Source of the DNA: Holophagaceae bacterium
GTDB lineage: Bacteria > Acidobacteriota > Holophagae > Holophagales > Holophagaceae
Length of the DNA stretch: 64,000 nt
Direction of reading: 5' to 3'
Assembly (NCBI GenBank): GCA_003165415.1
Contig: PLUC01000148.1
Location: 63-64,062 of the forward strand
A program made the translations under genes and the position numbers. Below are positions 27,899-36,075 of this stretch, one piece after another (the stretch's first letter is position 1; every line of letters begins with the position of its first letter). The notes beneath the pieces were generated by a model. It did no database searches, was not told where the DNA came from, and saw only the letters and a program-made list of their open reading frames with translations.

Positions 27899-29671
27899 GT
27901 GAATACCGTAACTGACGAAGGTGGCCAGCCAAGCCGGTCGCTGATTCGGTTGTTCGGCTCCTTCCTGAGACTGGGCCTCTCCGCCTTTGGCGGGCCCGCC
28001 ATGATCGCCTATATATGCAAGCTGGCTGTGGAGGAGAAGGGGTGGCTCGACCAGGAGACGTTCCAGGACGGGGTGGTCCTGTGCCAGACGATCCCCGGAG
28101 CGACCGCCATGCAGATGGCCGCCTACGTCGGCCTCAAGACTCGGGGGGTTCGTGGGGCACTCTGCAGCTACGTGGGATTCGGCCTCCCGGCCTTCCTCAT
28201 CATGCTGGCGCTCTCCTACGGCTACCAGCGTTCCCACGCGCTTCCGGTGGTCGTTTCCGTGTTCAGCGGGCTTCAGGCCATCGTCGTGGCTCTGGTGGCG
28301 AACGCCGCCTACACCTTCGGGAAGAACGCCCTCAAGCAGTGGCAGAGCATGCTTATCGCGCTCGCGGCGGGGGCTCTCTTCTGGTTCATGGTGAGTCCGA
28401 TCCTTGTCATCCTCCTCGCGGCCCTGCTCGGGACGCTTTTGACGCCCCGCAAACCGGATGCACGGGGCCTTCCACGCTTGAAACAGGCGCCTCACCGACT
28501 CTTTCCCCTGCTCTCGCTGGTGCTTGCAGCCGCAGCCGGATTCGTCCTGCTGTTTTTCATCCGCAGGGACCTGTTCACGCTCGCATGCCTGATCTCAAAG
28601 ATCGATCTCATGGCCTTCGGGGGCGGCTTCGCTTCCATACCGCTCATGTTCCATGAAATGGTCGAGGTCCGAGGGTGGATGAACGCTACGACGTTCCTGG
28701 ACGGGATCGCCCTGGGCCAATTCACCCCTGGGCCGATCGTGATCACGGCAACCTTCATCGGGTTCATGGTGAAGGGACTGAAGGGCGTCGCGCTCCGCGG
28801 TCTCTACTCCTACATCCGTCACCCGCAGTATCTCGGACTCGCACTGACCGGCCTGGGGCTGTCGATCCTGTGGCCCCGGTTCCTGGTGGTTGCGCTCTGG
28901 GCCCTGATGGTGGGGGTGTATTACCTCCTGGCCCGGGACGAGCAGGGCCGCATGCTCCGCCAGTTCGGGGACGAGTATCGGAGCTACATGGACCGCACCG
29001 GCATGTTCCTGCCGAAGTCGTGGGAGGCCGCCTTCGCCAAGGTGCTTCCGACCATACCTCCACTGCGGGCATGGCTGGGCTTCCTCATCCTCACCGCCGG
29101 GTCCCTGGGCGGCGCCTTCGCCCTGAGGAGCTACACCCTGGCGCATCTGCCGATCTGGTCCAACGGACCGGTCAGCGTGCTCGCCATCCTGCCTGGCGAC
29201 ATGGTCATGCTCGACAACCGGATGGCCTCGGTGCTTGAGTTGCCGGAGATCAAGGCCCATCTCGGCGAGCAGGGCCCGGTGCTCGCCTACCTGATGCCCA
29301 AGGACTATGTGATGCAGGGGATGATCGCCGACACGGGCGGGGAGTGGCAGCTCTACAAGCGGCACCACACCCTGGCCATGATCTCGGACTGGATCCTGCA
29401 CCCCTTCCGGCACCTTGAGAACGGGCACGCCGCGATGCACCATGGCATGGGGATGGGCCAGGGCGCCCAGAACGGGATGGCCCGGCGGCTGATTTTCCTG
29501 CGGGTGGATGCAGTCGGAGGCCAAACGGACCCGGCCGCCCTGTTCGGGATCAACCTGCACCGGAGCCCGCTGTTCCTGGCCGACGTTGAAATGCATACCC
29601 TTGTGGTCCAGGAAATCCGCGACCTTCCCGCCGATACCGGCTGGAGGCGGGTCCCGACCCCGGTGTTCTAA
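27899..29671 (+). pseudogene. chimeric ORF: chromate transporter ChrA (C-truncated) joined to an ICMT/PEMT-family membrane methyltransferase (N-truncated)
   Basis: ChrA motifs FGGPA, QTIPGA, FGGGFA and GQFTPGPIVITATFIG, then an abrupt switch to GLYSYIRHPQYLG...EQ..M...FGDEY..YM.RTGMFLP. Confidence 0.7.
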
Positions 29672-29717
29672 AGACCATTTCCCTTTCCTGTCTGGGTTAT
29701 CAGGTTCCCCGGCTGGT

Positions 29718-30641
29718 TCAGTTCGGTGGATCCGGCGGTTCCTGCGAAGCGTGACGCCAGAATGCGGAGGCAAGGCCCGGAAGAGCCCCGCTGCCATGGG
29801 CCCAGGAAAAAGTCCGGATGATCCTCAGGTCCGGGATGGGGATGACCTCCAGGCTGCCGTTCGCCAGTTCTCTCTGAATGCTCCAAAGGGAGAGGAACCC
29901 GATGCCAAGCCCTTCCAGAACGCAGGACTTGATGGTTTCGGTATCCCCGACGACCAGATCGGAAGGCCTGGTCTGGACCGGGATATGCGCTTTGAGAAAC
30001 GCGCGTTCCAGCACCGCCCGGGTGCCGGAACCAAGCTCCCGGCGGATCAAGGGAACTCCGGCGAGATCCGACGCCTTCCTCACCGCCGCGAGGTTGGGCG
30101 GTGCTCCGGAAGGACGCACGGCCACCAGTTCATCCTGGAGGTAGGGTTCCAGGGATACCCCCGGGGCCTTGGTCAGCCCTTCCACGAGGCCCAGGGCGAT
30201 CCGGCCTTCCCGGATCCAGCCGAGCACTTCGTCCGTGTTTCCCACCTCCAGCGTGACCGCCACCAGGCGATGGCTACCCAGGAAGGTCTGAAGCAGCTTC
30301 GGAATGATGTAGGCCGCCGCGGTCGTGCTTGCGCCCAGGTGAAGTTCCCCCGTCACGGCCTGCTCTCCCAGCATGTCTTCGGCCGCTTCTGCAAGCAGGT
30401 CGTGGACTTTGCGCGCATAGCCCAGCAGGCGCCTGCCGCGCTCCGTGAGCCGCATGCCTTTGATGTGGCGCAAGAACAGGGGATAGCCGGCTTCGGCTTC
30501 CAGCTGGCGGATCTGGGCGGTTACTGCGGGCTGGGAAAGGTTCAGCAGGCGGGCGGCAGCGGATACCTGGCCACTCTGGGCCACGACCAGGAAGGTTTCC
30601 AGCCGGCGGGAATCCAGTGCGATGGCTGAGCGGGAGGGCAT
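29718..30641 (-). CDS. LysR family regulator (YeiE/CysL-like)
   Basis: AARLLNLSQPAVTAQIRQLE HTH; GASTT, RE.GSGTR, E.IK..V..GLG. Confidence 0.92.
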   Translation of the reverse strand: MPSRSAIALDSRRLETFLVVAQSGQVSAAARLLNLSQPAVTAQIRQLEAEAGYPLFLRHIKGMRLTERGRRLLGYARKVHDLLAEAAEDMLGEQAVTGELHLGASTTAAAYIIPKLLQTFLGSHRLVAVTLEVGNTDEVLGWIREGRIALGLVEGLTKAPGVSLEPYLQDELVAVRPSGAPPNLAAVRKASDLAGVPLIRRELGSGTRAVLERAFLKAHIPVQTRPSDLVVGDTETIKSCVLEGLGIGFLSLWSIQRELANGSLEVIPIPDLRIIRTFSWAHGSGALPGLASAFWRHASQEPPDPPN

Positions 30642-30670
30642 GTCCCATTCCAGCGGTTTGCCGCAGGATT

Positions 30671-30693
30671 GTCCATCCGTTTTTCTGATGGAC
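30671..30693. promoter_or_regulatory. LysR-type inverted repeat
   Basis: GTCCATC-N9-GATGGAC (contains T-N11-A) between the divergent lysR and yeiH-like genes. Confidence 0.55.
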
Positions 30694-30746
30694 CATTTGA
30701 AATATGAATTTGATCTTTGAATACTTAAGCTCTACCTTCTGAATCC

Positions 30747-31745
30747 ATGAGCCAAGTGAACGCTTCTCCCGCCCCCCTTGCCAGGATCGCCCTCCCGGTC
30801 ATGGTGCTAGGCGCCCTCCTCGCCTTGACCCCCCTGGCTTCCGCCGCCGCGGCGCTGGTTGGCGGAGCGGTGATCGCCCTGACCTTCGGCAACCCAGTCC
30901 AGGCCATGACCCATCGCTGGACGCACCGCCTGCTGCCCCTGGCAGTGGTGGGCCTGGGCGCGGAGATGAACCTGGGCACGGTGGCCAGGGTGGGGCTCCA
31001 CGGCATCGGCTACACCGCGATCAGCCTGGCCTTCGTCATGGCGACCGGTCTGCTGCTGGGAAGGTTCCTCAAGGTTGACCGCGACGCGGGCCTCCTGATC
31101 AGCATAGGGACCGCCATTTGCGGCGGCAGCGCCATCGCGGCCGCGGCCCCCGTCCTGCGGGCCCGTCCGCACCAGGTTTCCGTGGCGCTGGCCACGGTGT
31201 TCCTCCTGAACGGCGTCGCGCTGGTCCTGTTCCCGCCCATGGGCCACCTTGCCGGCCTGAGCCAGAACGCGTTCGGGCTCTGGGCGGCCCTGGCCATCCA
31301 TGACACGAGTTCCGTGGTGGGCGCGGGGCTGGCCTACGGTCCCCGGGCCCTGGCGGTGGCCACCACGGTGAAACTGGCCCGGGCCCTGTGGATCGTGCCC
31401 ATGACCCTGGGCCTCGGCTTCTGGGTCGCCAGGCGGCAAAGGCGCGCGGGGGCGGCGGGGACCGAGGCCGATTCCGTGCCGGTGAAGAAGCCCTGGTTCA
31501 TCGGCGGCTTCCTGCTGGTGGCAGCGCTGGTGACCTGGATCCCGGGGCTGCAGCCCGCCGGCCATTTCGTCGCCATGGGGGCGCATCACGTCCTGGTGCT
31601 GACCCTCTTCCTCATCGGCGCTGGCCTCAGCCGGGAGGCGCTGCGGAGCGTCGGGTTCCGTCCCTTCATCCAGGGCCTGGTGCTGTGGCTGATCGTCGCC
31701 TCACTTGGGCTGGGCGCTGTCTGGGCGGGGCTGTTGTCGGTATGA
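30747..31745 (+). CDS. YeiH / putative sulfate exporter (PSE) family membrane protein
   Basis: GTAICGGSAIAA, AIHDTSSVVGA, TVKLARALWI, PWFI.GF. Confidence 0.9.
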   Translation: MSQVNASPAPLARIALPVMVLGALLALTPLASAAAALVGGAVIALTFGNPVQAMTHRWTHRLLPLAVVGLGAEMNLGTVARVGLHGIGYTAISLAFVMATGLLLGRFLKVDRDAGLLISIGTAICGGSAIAAAAPVLRARPHQVSVALATVFLLNGVALVLFPPMGHLAGLSQNAFGLWAALAIHDTSSVVGAGLAYGPRALAVATTVKLARALWIVPMTLGLGFWVARRQRRAGAAGTEADSVPVKKPWFIGGFLLVAALVTWIPGLQPAGHFVAMGAHHVLVLTLFLIGAGLSREALRSVGFRPFIQGLVLWLIVASLGLGAVWAGLLSV

Positions 31746-31783
31746 TCGGATGACCCTCACAGCATGAAGAAACGGAGCCAACG

Positions 31784-32590
31784 ATGGCCAATGACACCCT
31801 CGATCGCAGAGGCGCACTCGGAATCCTGGCGGGCCTTGGCGGCGCGGTCGCTTCGGGCGGCTCCGTCCTCCTGGGCAGATCGCTCGCGGCGGGAACCCCG
31901 GCTGCCGCACCGGCCAGCCCCATGGCCCACCTGCCCTGGCCCTATCGGCAAGTGGATCCGGATGCCGCTGGCCAGCGCGCCTTCGAGGGCTATCAAAAAG
32001 GTCACTGCATGTACGGGACCTTCGAGGCCATCGTGGGCACGGTGGCCGAGAAACTCGGGGGCCCGTACTCCGGCTTCCCCTTCGAGATGTTCATCTACGG
32101 CATGGGTGGCGTGTACGGCTGGGGAACGCTTTGCGGCACGCTCAACGGTTGCGCCGCGGCGATCCAGCTGCTGAGCCCGAACCCCGGCCCGTTGGTTGAC
32201 GAGCTGTTCCGCTGGTACGAGAACACCCCCCTGCCCAACTTCGACCCCAAGGGGATGAAGTTCAAGACCGTGCAAAGCCTCGCCGGCTCTCCGCTCTGCC
32301 ATCCCTCCATCGCAAAGTGGTGCGAGGCTTCGGGGAAGAAGGCCTATTCCCCAGAACGGGATGAGCGCTGCGGGGTCCTGGCCGCGTCAGTGGCCCGCCA
32401 ATGCGCCATGCTGCTGAATGCGCAGGCGGCCGGAAAGTTTGTGCCGATGACCGCATTGGACACCCGCACCAAGGCCTGCATGGGCTGCCATGAAAAGGGC
32501 GGCCCCATGGAGAACATGCGGTCCAAGCAAAGCTGTGCACCCTGCCATTCCGACGAAACCCTGAGCCTGAACGGTCATCAGAAAATTTAA
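31784..32590 (+). CDS. split-Soret cytochrome c-like protein (C-GCAxxG-C-C family, Tat-exported, two haem motifs)
   Basis: Tat signal DRRGAL; HCMYG.FEAI, WGTLCGTLNG, SPLCH.S...WC, ERC; CMGCH and CAPCH. Confidence 0.82.
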   Translation: MANDTLDRRGALGILAGLGGAVASGGSVLLGRSLAAGTPAAAPASPMAHLPWPYRQVDPDAAGQRAFEGYQKGHCMYGTFEAIVGTVAEKLGGPYSGFPFEMFIYGMGGVYGWGTLCGTLNGCAAAIQLLSPNPGPLVDELFRWYENTPLPNFDPKGMKFKTVQSLAGSPLCHPSIAKWCEASGKKAYSPERDERCGVLAASVARQCAMLLNAQAAGKFVPMTALDTRTKACMGCHEKGGPMENMRSKQSCAPCHSDETLSLNGHQKI

Positions 32591-32634
32591 ATCCCCACTT
32601 CCGCTGGAGCCTAGTCGGCGCTCATGGCCGGGTG

Positions 32635-33012
32635 TTAGAACCCCGTCGGCGGCACCGGCGGCACCAACTTGGCCAGGCGCTGGTCCTCCTGGGTGAAGGC
32701 CCTTGGCACCAGGTGGCTCTGCTTCCTCGGCATCAGCCCGGCCTTGTCGGCGTAGGCCTGGATCTCCTCGTCCCGCTGGAAGCGGGAACGCTCCAGCAGC
32801 AGGGTGCGCCGGACCTCCTCCTCCTGGCGGATCTGGTCGCGGATTTCGCTCATCGCGTAGCTCAGGCGGGTGTGCTGGATCTTGAGGTAGGCCATGGAAG
32901 CCATGGGCAGGGCCAGGGCGAAGGCCAGGAGCAGCGTGCGCAGCACCCCTTCCCCCTCCATCTGGCGCTGGGGGTAGGCCGCGGGTCGCTGGACGTAGAG
33001 TTTTGCGTTCAT
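32635..33012 (-). CDS. ftsL: cell division protein FtsL-like
   Basis: single TM plus coiled coil; immediately downstream of rsmH with overlapping stop/start. Confidence 0.65.
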   Translation of the reverse strand: MNAKLYVQRPAAYPQRQMEGEGVLRTLLLAFALALPMASMAYLKIQHTRLSYAMSEIRDQIRQEEEVRRTLLLERSRFQRDEEIQAYADKAGLMPRKQSHLVPRAFTQEDQRLAKLVPPVPPTGF

Positions 33013-34001
33013 CGCGTGTTCCTGGGGTTCTGGGGGTCTGAGAGGCGTTCACCGATCCGGAGCCGGGCGGAGCGGGAGGGCGGGTTGGCCTGGCTTTCGG
33101 CCTCGCCCGCTTTGAGGCCGCCGGCATGGATCAGCCGGAGCTGCCGGGGCAGCGGCTCGGGGGCGGCGCGCCCGGGCCCGTCGTAGATGCCTGCGAGGCG
33201 GCGCAAGGTCTGCTTGGCGATGCGGTCTTCCAGGCTGTGGAAGGAGATGATGCCCAGCCGGCCGCCGGGCTTGAGGCAGAGCGCGGCGGCGGCGATGGCC
33301 TTGGCCAGGCGGTCCAGTTCGCCGTTCACGGCGATGCGGATGGCCTGGAAGGTGCGGGTGGCGGGGTCGATCTGCTTCTTGCGCCGGGCCACTTCCCGGG
33401 GCAGCACGGTGTAGACCGCCGCGGCCAGGTCCAGGGTGGTGCTGAGCCTGCCATCGGCGAGGGCGCGCAGGATCGCCCGGGCGATGGGGCGCGAGGCCCG
33501 CTCCTCGCCGTAGGCGTATAGGGCGTCGGCGAGGGTGGCATCGGTCTGCCCGGCCAGCCAATCCAGGGCGGTGGACCCGCTTTCCGGATCCATGCGCATG
33601 TCCAGTGGGCCTTCCGCCTGGAAGCTGAAGCCCCGGGCCGGATCCTTGAGCTGGAGGCTGGAGACCCCCAGGTCCATGAGCACCGCGTCCAGGCCTGCCG
33701 GGGCCTGGAGGTGCATCCAGCCCTGGAAGCAGGGGTCCTCCCAGATGTCTTCGTAGGTGCCGGCGAGGATGCTGAGCCGGGCGTCGGTGCCCAGGCGGGC
33801 CTTGGCCCGCTCCCGGGCCCGGGGGTCGCGGTCCACCCCGAGGTAGCGGGTCTGGGCGTCGGCCCGGGCCAGGATGGCTTCGGCATGGCCGCCCAGCCCC
33901 AGGGTCAGGTCCAGCACCCGGCCCGAAGCGGGCACGGGCAGGTTGTCCAGCACCTCCTGGAGCAGGACCGGCACATGGAGGGGGGTCGCGGCGGCGGACA
34001 C
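33009..34001 (-). CDS. rsmH: 16S rRNA m4C1402 methyltransferase
   Basis: HVPVLLQEV, DLTLGLGGHA, DLGVSSLQL, GPLDMRMD, ATRTFQAIRIAVN, ISFHSLEDR, NP.SRSARLR. Confidence 0.96.
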   Translation of the reverse strand: MSAAATPLHVPVLLQEVLDNLPVPASGRVLDLTLGLGGHAEAILARADAQTRYLGVDRDPRARERAKARLGTDARLSILAGTYEDIWEDPCFQGWMHLQAPAGLDAVLMDLGVSSLQLKDPARGFSFQAEGPLDMRMDPESGSTALDWLAGQTDATLADALYAYGEERASRPIARAILRALADGRLSTTLDLAAAVYTVLPREVARRKKQIDPATRTFQAIRIAVNGELDRLAKAIAAAALCLKPGGRLGIISFHSLEDRIAKQTLRRLAGIYDGPGRAAPEPLPRQLRLIHAGGLKAGEAESQANPPSRSARLRIGERLSDPQNPRNTR

Positions 34002-34003
34002 GG

Positions 34004-34468
34004 TCAGATCCCCAGGTCCGCGAGCGCGGCCAGGTCATCGGTGGTGAGGGGCTCGGCGGCCATGCGGCGCTCGAAGCCGGCGCGGTTCCAGATGGCCAGG
34101 TGGTCCATCTGGCCGAGGATGGCCAGTTCGCCGGTGAGCTGGGCGGCTTCCCGCAGGATCGGCGGGATGACGAACCGGCCCTGGGCGTCGGGCTCCACTT
34201 CGGACCCGTAGTAGGCGGTCACTTCCAGGAACCGCCGCTTGGCCGGGTTGGTGGCGGGCACCAGGGCCAGGCGGGCCTCGATGGCTTCCCACACGGCCAA
34301 GGGGTAGAGCCTGGCGCCCTTGCCGTCCAGGGAGGTGAGGTAGTGGCGCAGTCCGCCCCCCCCTTCGCCGGCGGCGAAGGCTTCGAGGTCGGCCTTGAAG
34401 GTGGAGGGGAGTTTCAGCCGTCCCTTGTCGTCCACCGTGGCCGGTGCGTTGCCGCGCAGTCGCAGCAC
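34004..34468 (-). CDS. mraZ: division/cell wall cluster transcriptional repressor MraZ
   Basis: two DxxGR repeats (VDDKGRLKLP, PDAQGRFVIP); upstream of rsmH. Confidence 0.93.
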   Translation of the reverse strand: MLRLRGNAPATVDDKGRLKLPSTFKADLEAFAAGEGGGGLRHYLTSLDGKGARLYPLAVWEAIEARLALVPATNPAKRRFLEVTAYYGSEVEPDAQGRFVIPPILREAAQLTGELAILGQMDHLAIWNRAGFERRMAAEPLTTDDLAALADLGI

Positions 34469-34523
34469 TGGAACCGCCTTTCCAAATGACCCCCCGAATC
34501 TGGAAGGGAGATCAGCCTATCGC

Positions 34524-34567
34524 CCACTTATTGCCACTTCAATCCATTTTGGTCCACTAAGGTCCAC
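34524..34567 (-). promoter_or_regulatory. MraZ binding repeats
   Basis: five CCA(C/T) cores (GTGG/ATGG on the minus strand) at exact 10-bp spacing: 34524, 34534, 34544, 34554, 34564. Confidence 0.75.
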
Positions 34568-34711
34568 TCACAAGTGTAGAAATGGTTTGTAACCTAACAA
34601 GAAGGAAGTAAAACGAAAGATTGGAATAAAGAAGACGATTTCACCGGGAAGTTACCTGCAAATCCCCCAACACCAGGACAATGGGTATCAAGCAACCGGA
34701 GCGGCGCACCC

Positions 34712-36046
34712 ATGCCCAAGGCCCAGCCTGACTTGTCCCAGCGCATCACCACGTCCTGGGCGGCCTTCCTCTTGGCGGTGGGCGGCGGCGCCCTCCTGGG
34801 CCGGGACCTGGAGGGGGAATTCCGCATCGTCGGCATCATCCTCGCGGTGTTCGGAGCCATCCTGCTGGCCGTGCGCACCTGGCAGAACCGCACCCTCATG
34901 GCCCAGGTCCTGGCCGTGATCCCGGTGGCGGACAAGGGCGACTCGCTCCTGCGCAAGCTGCCCAAGGCCTGGGCCGCCCTGGAGGAGGAGAACCTGCTGC
35001 TGCGCAACCAGGCCGAGGCGGAGGACCAGATCCGCCGGCAGATCCTCACCCACCTGAGCGCCGGCATGCTGCTGCTGGACCAGGACCGGCACCTCCGCCT
35101 GTTCAACCCCTCCGCCCAGCTGCTGCTGGGCTCCAGCAGCAGCCTGGGCCTGGGCGACCCGGTGGTGGTGGCGTTCCGGGAACCGGAGAGCCTGCGCAAC
35201 ATCGAAGGCGCCTGCCAGGGCGCGCCGGTGGAGTGGACCCTCAGGCGCAATCCCAGGATCCTCCGGGTGCGGGCCATTCCGTTCGAGGCGCCGCTGCAGG
35301 CCTCCGCCCGGCCCTGGGTGCTGGTGACCGTGGACGACATCACCCGCCAGGAGGCCCTGGAGACCACCCGGCAGAAGTTCATCGCCAACGCCAGCCACGA
35401 GCTGAAGACCCCAGTCACCGGCATCCGGATCGCGGTGGAGAACCTGCAGGAGGGCTCCCTGGTGCTGCCCGAGGGCGAATCCAGCCTGCGCATCATGCTC
35501 CGGGCGGTGGACCGGATGACCATGCTGCTGGAGGACATCTCCGAACTGTCCCGGATCGAGACCGGGGCCCTGCGGCTGGAGCCGGTCCCCCTGCGCCTGG
35601 GCGCGTTCGCGGCCGATTCCCTGGAGAACACCCGGCCCCAGGCCGAGGCCGCCAACGTGCAGGTGGCGCTGGACCTGCCCCCGGAGCTGGAGGACTTCCC
35701 GTTCCAGGCCGATCCCCTGCGGCTGGTCCAGCTCCTGGACAACCTCCTGTCCAACGCCATCAAGTTCAGCCCGGGCGGCGCCGGCGTCACTGTGCAGGTG
35801 CGCAAGGACGGCCCGTGGCTCACCTGGGCGGTGGCGGACCAGGGACCGGGCATCTCCGAGACCGACGCCCAGCGGATCTTCGAGCGCTTCTACCGGGCGC
35901 CCAGCGTGCGCCGGATCCCCGGCACCGGCCTGGGCCTGGCCATCGTCAAGCACCTGGCAGTGCTCATGAAGGGCGAGGTGGACCTGCGCACCGAAGTGGG
36001 CAAGGGCTCCACATTCATCTTCCGCCTGCCGGCTGGTGAAGTGTAA
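34712..36046 (+). CDS. PAS-domain sensor histidine kinase (PhoR-like)
   Basis: FIANASHELKTP, NLLSNAIKFS, DQGPGI, IFERFYR, GTGLGLAIVKH. Confidence 0.92.
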   Translation: MPKAQPDLSQRITTSWAAFLLAVGGGALLGRDLEGEFRIVGIILAVFGAILLAVRTWQNRTLMAQVLAVIPVADKGDSLLRKLPKAWAALEEENLLLRNQAEAEDQIRRQILTHLSAGMLLLDQDRHLRLFNPSAQLLLGSSSSLGLGDPVVVAFREPESLRNIEGACQGAPVEWTLRRNPRILRVRAIPFEAPLQASARPWVLVTVDDITRQEALETTRQKFIANASHELKTPVTGIRIAVENLQEGSLVLPEGESSLRIMLRAVDRMTMLLEDISELSRIETGALRLEPVPLRLGAFAADSLENTRPQAEAANVQVALDLPPELEDFPFQADPLRLVQLLDNLLSNAIKFSPGGAGVTVQVRKDGPWLTWAVADQGPGISETDAQRIFERFYRAPSVRRIPGTGLGLAIVKHLAVLMKGEVDLRTEVGKGSTFIFRLPAGEV

Positions 36047-36075
36047 CCTTAGCTTCACTTCAAACTTGAGGTCCC

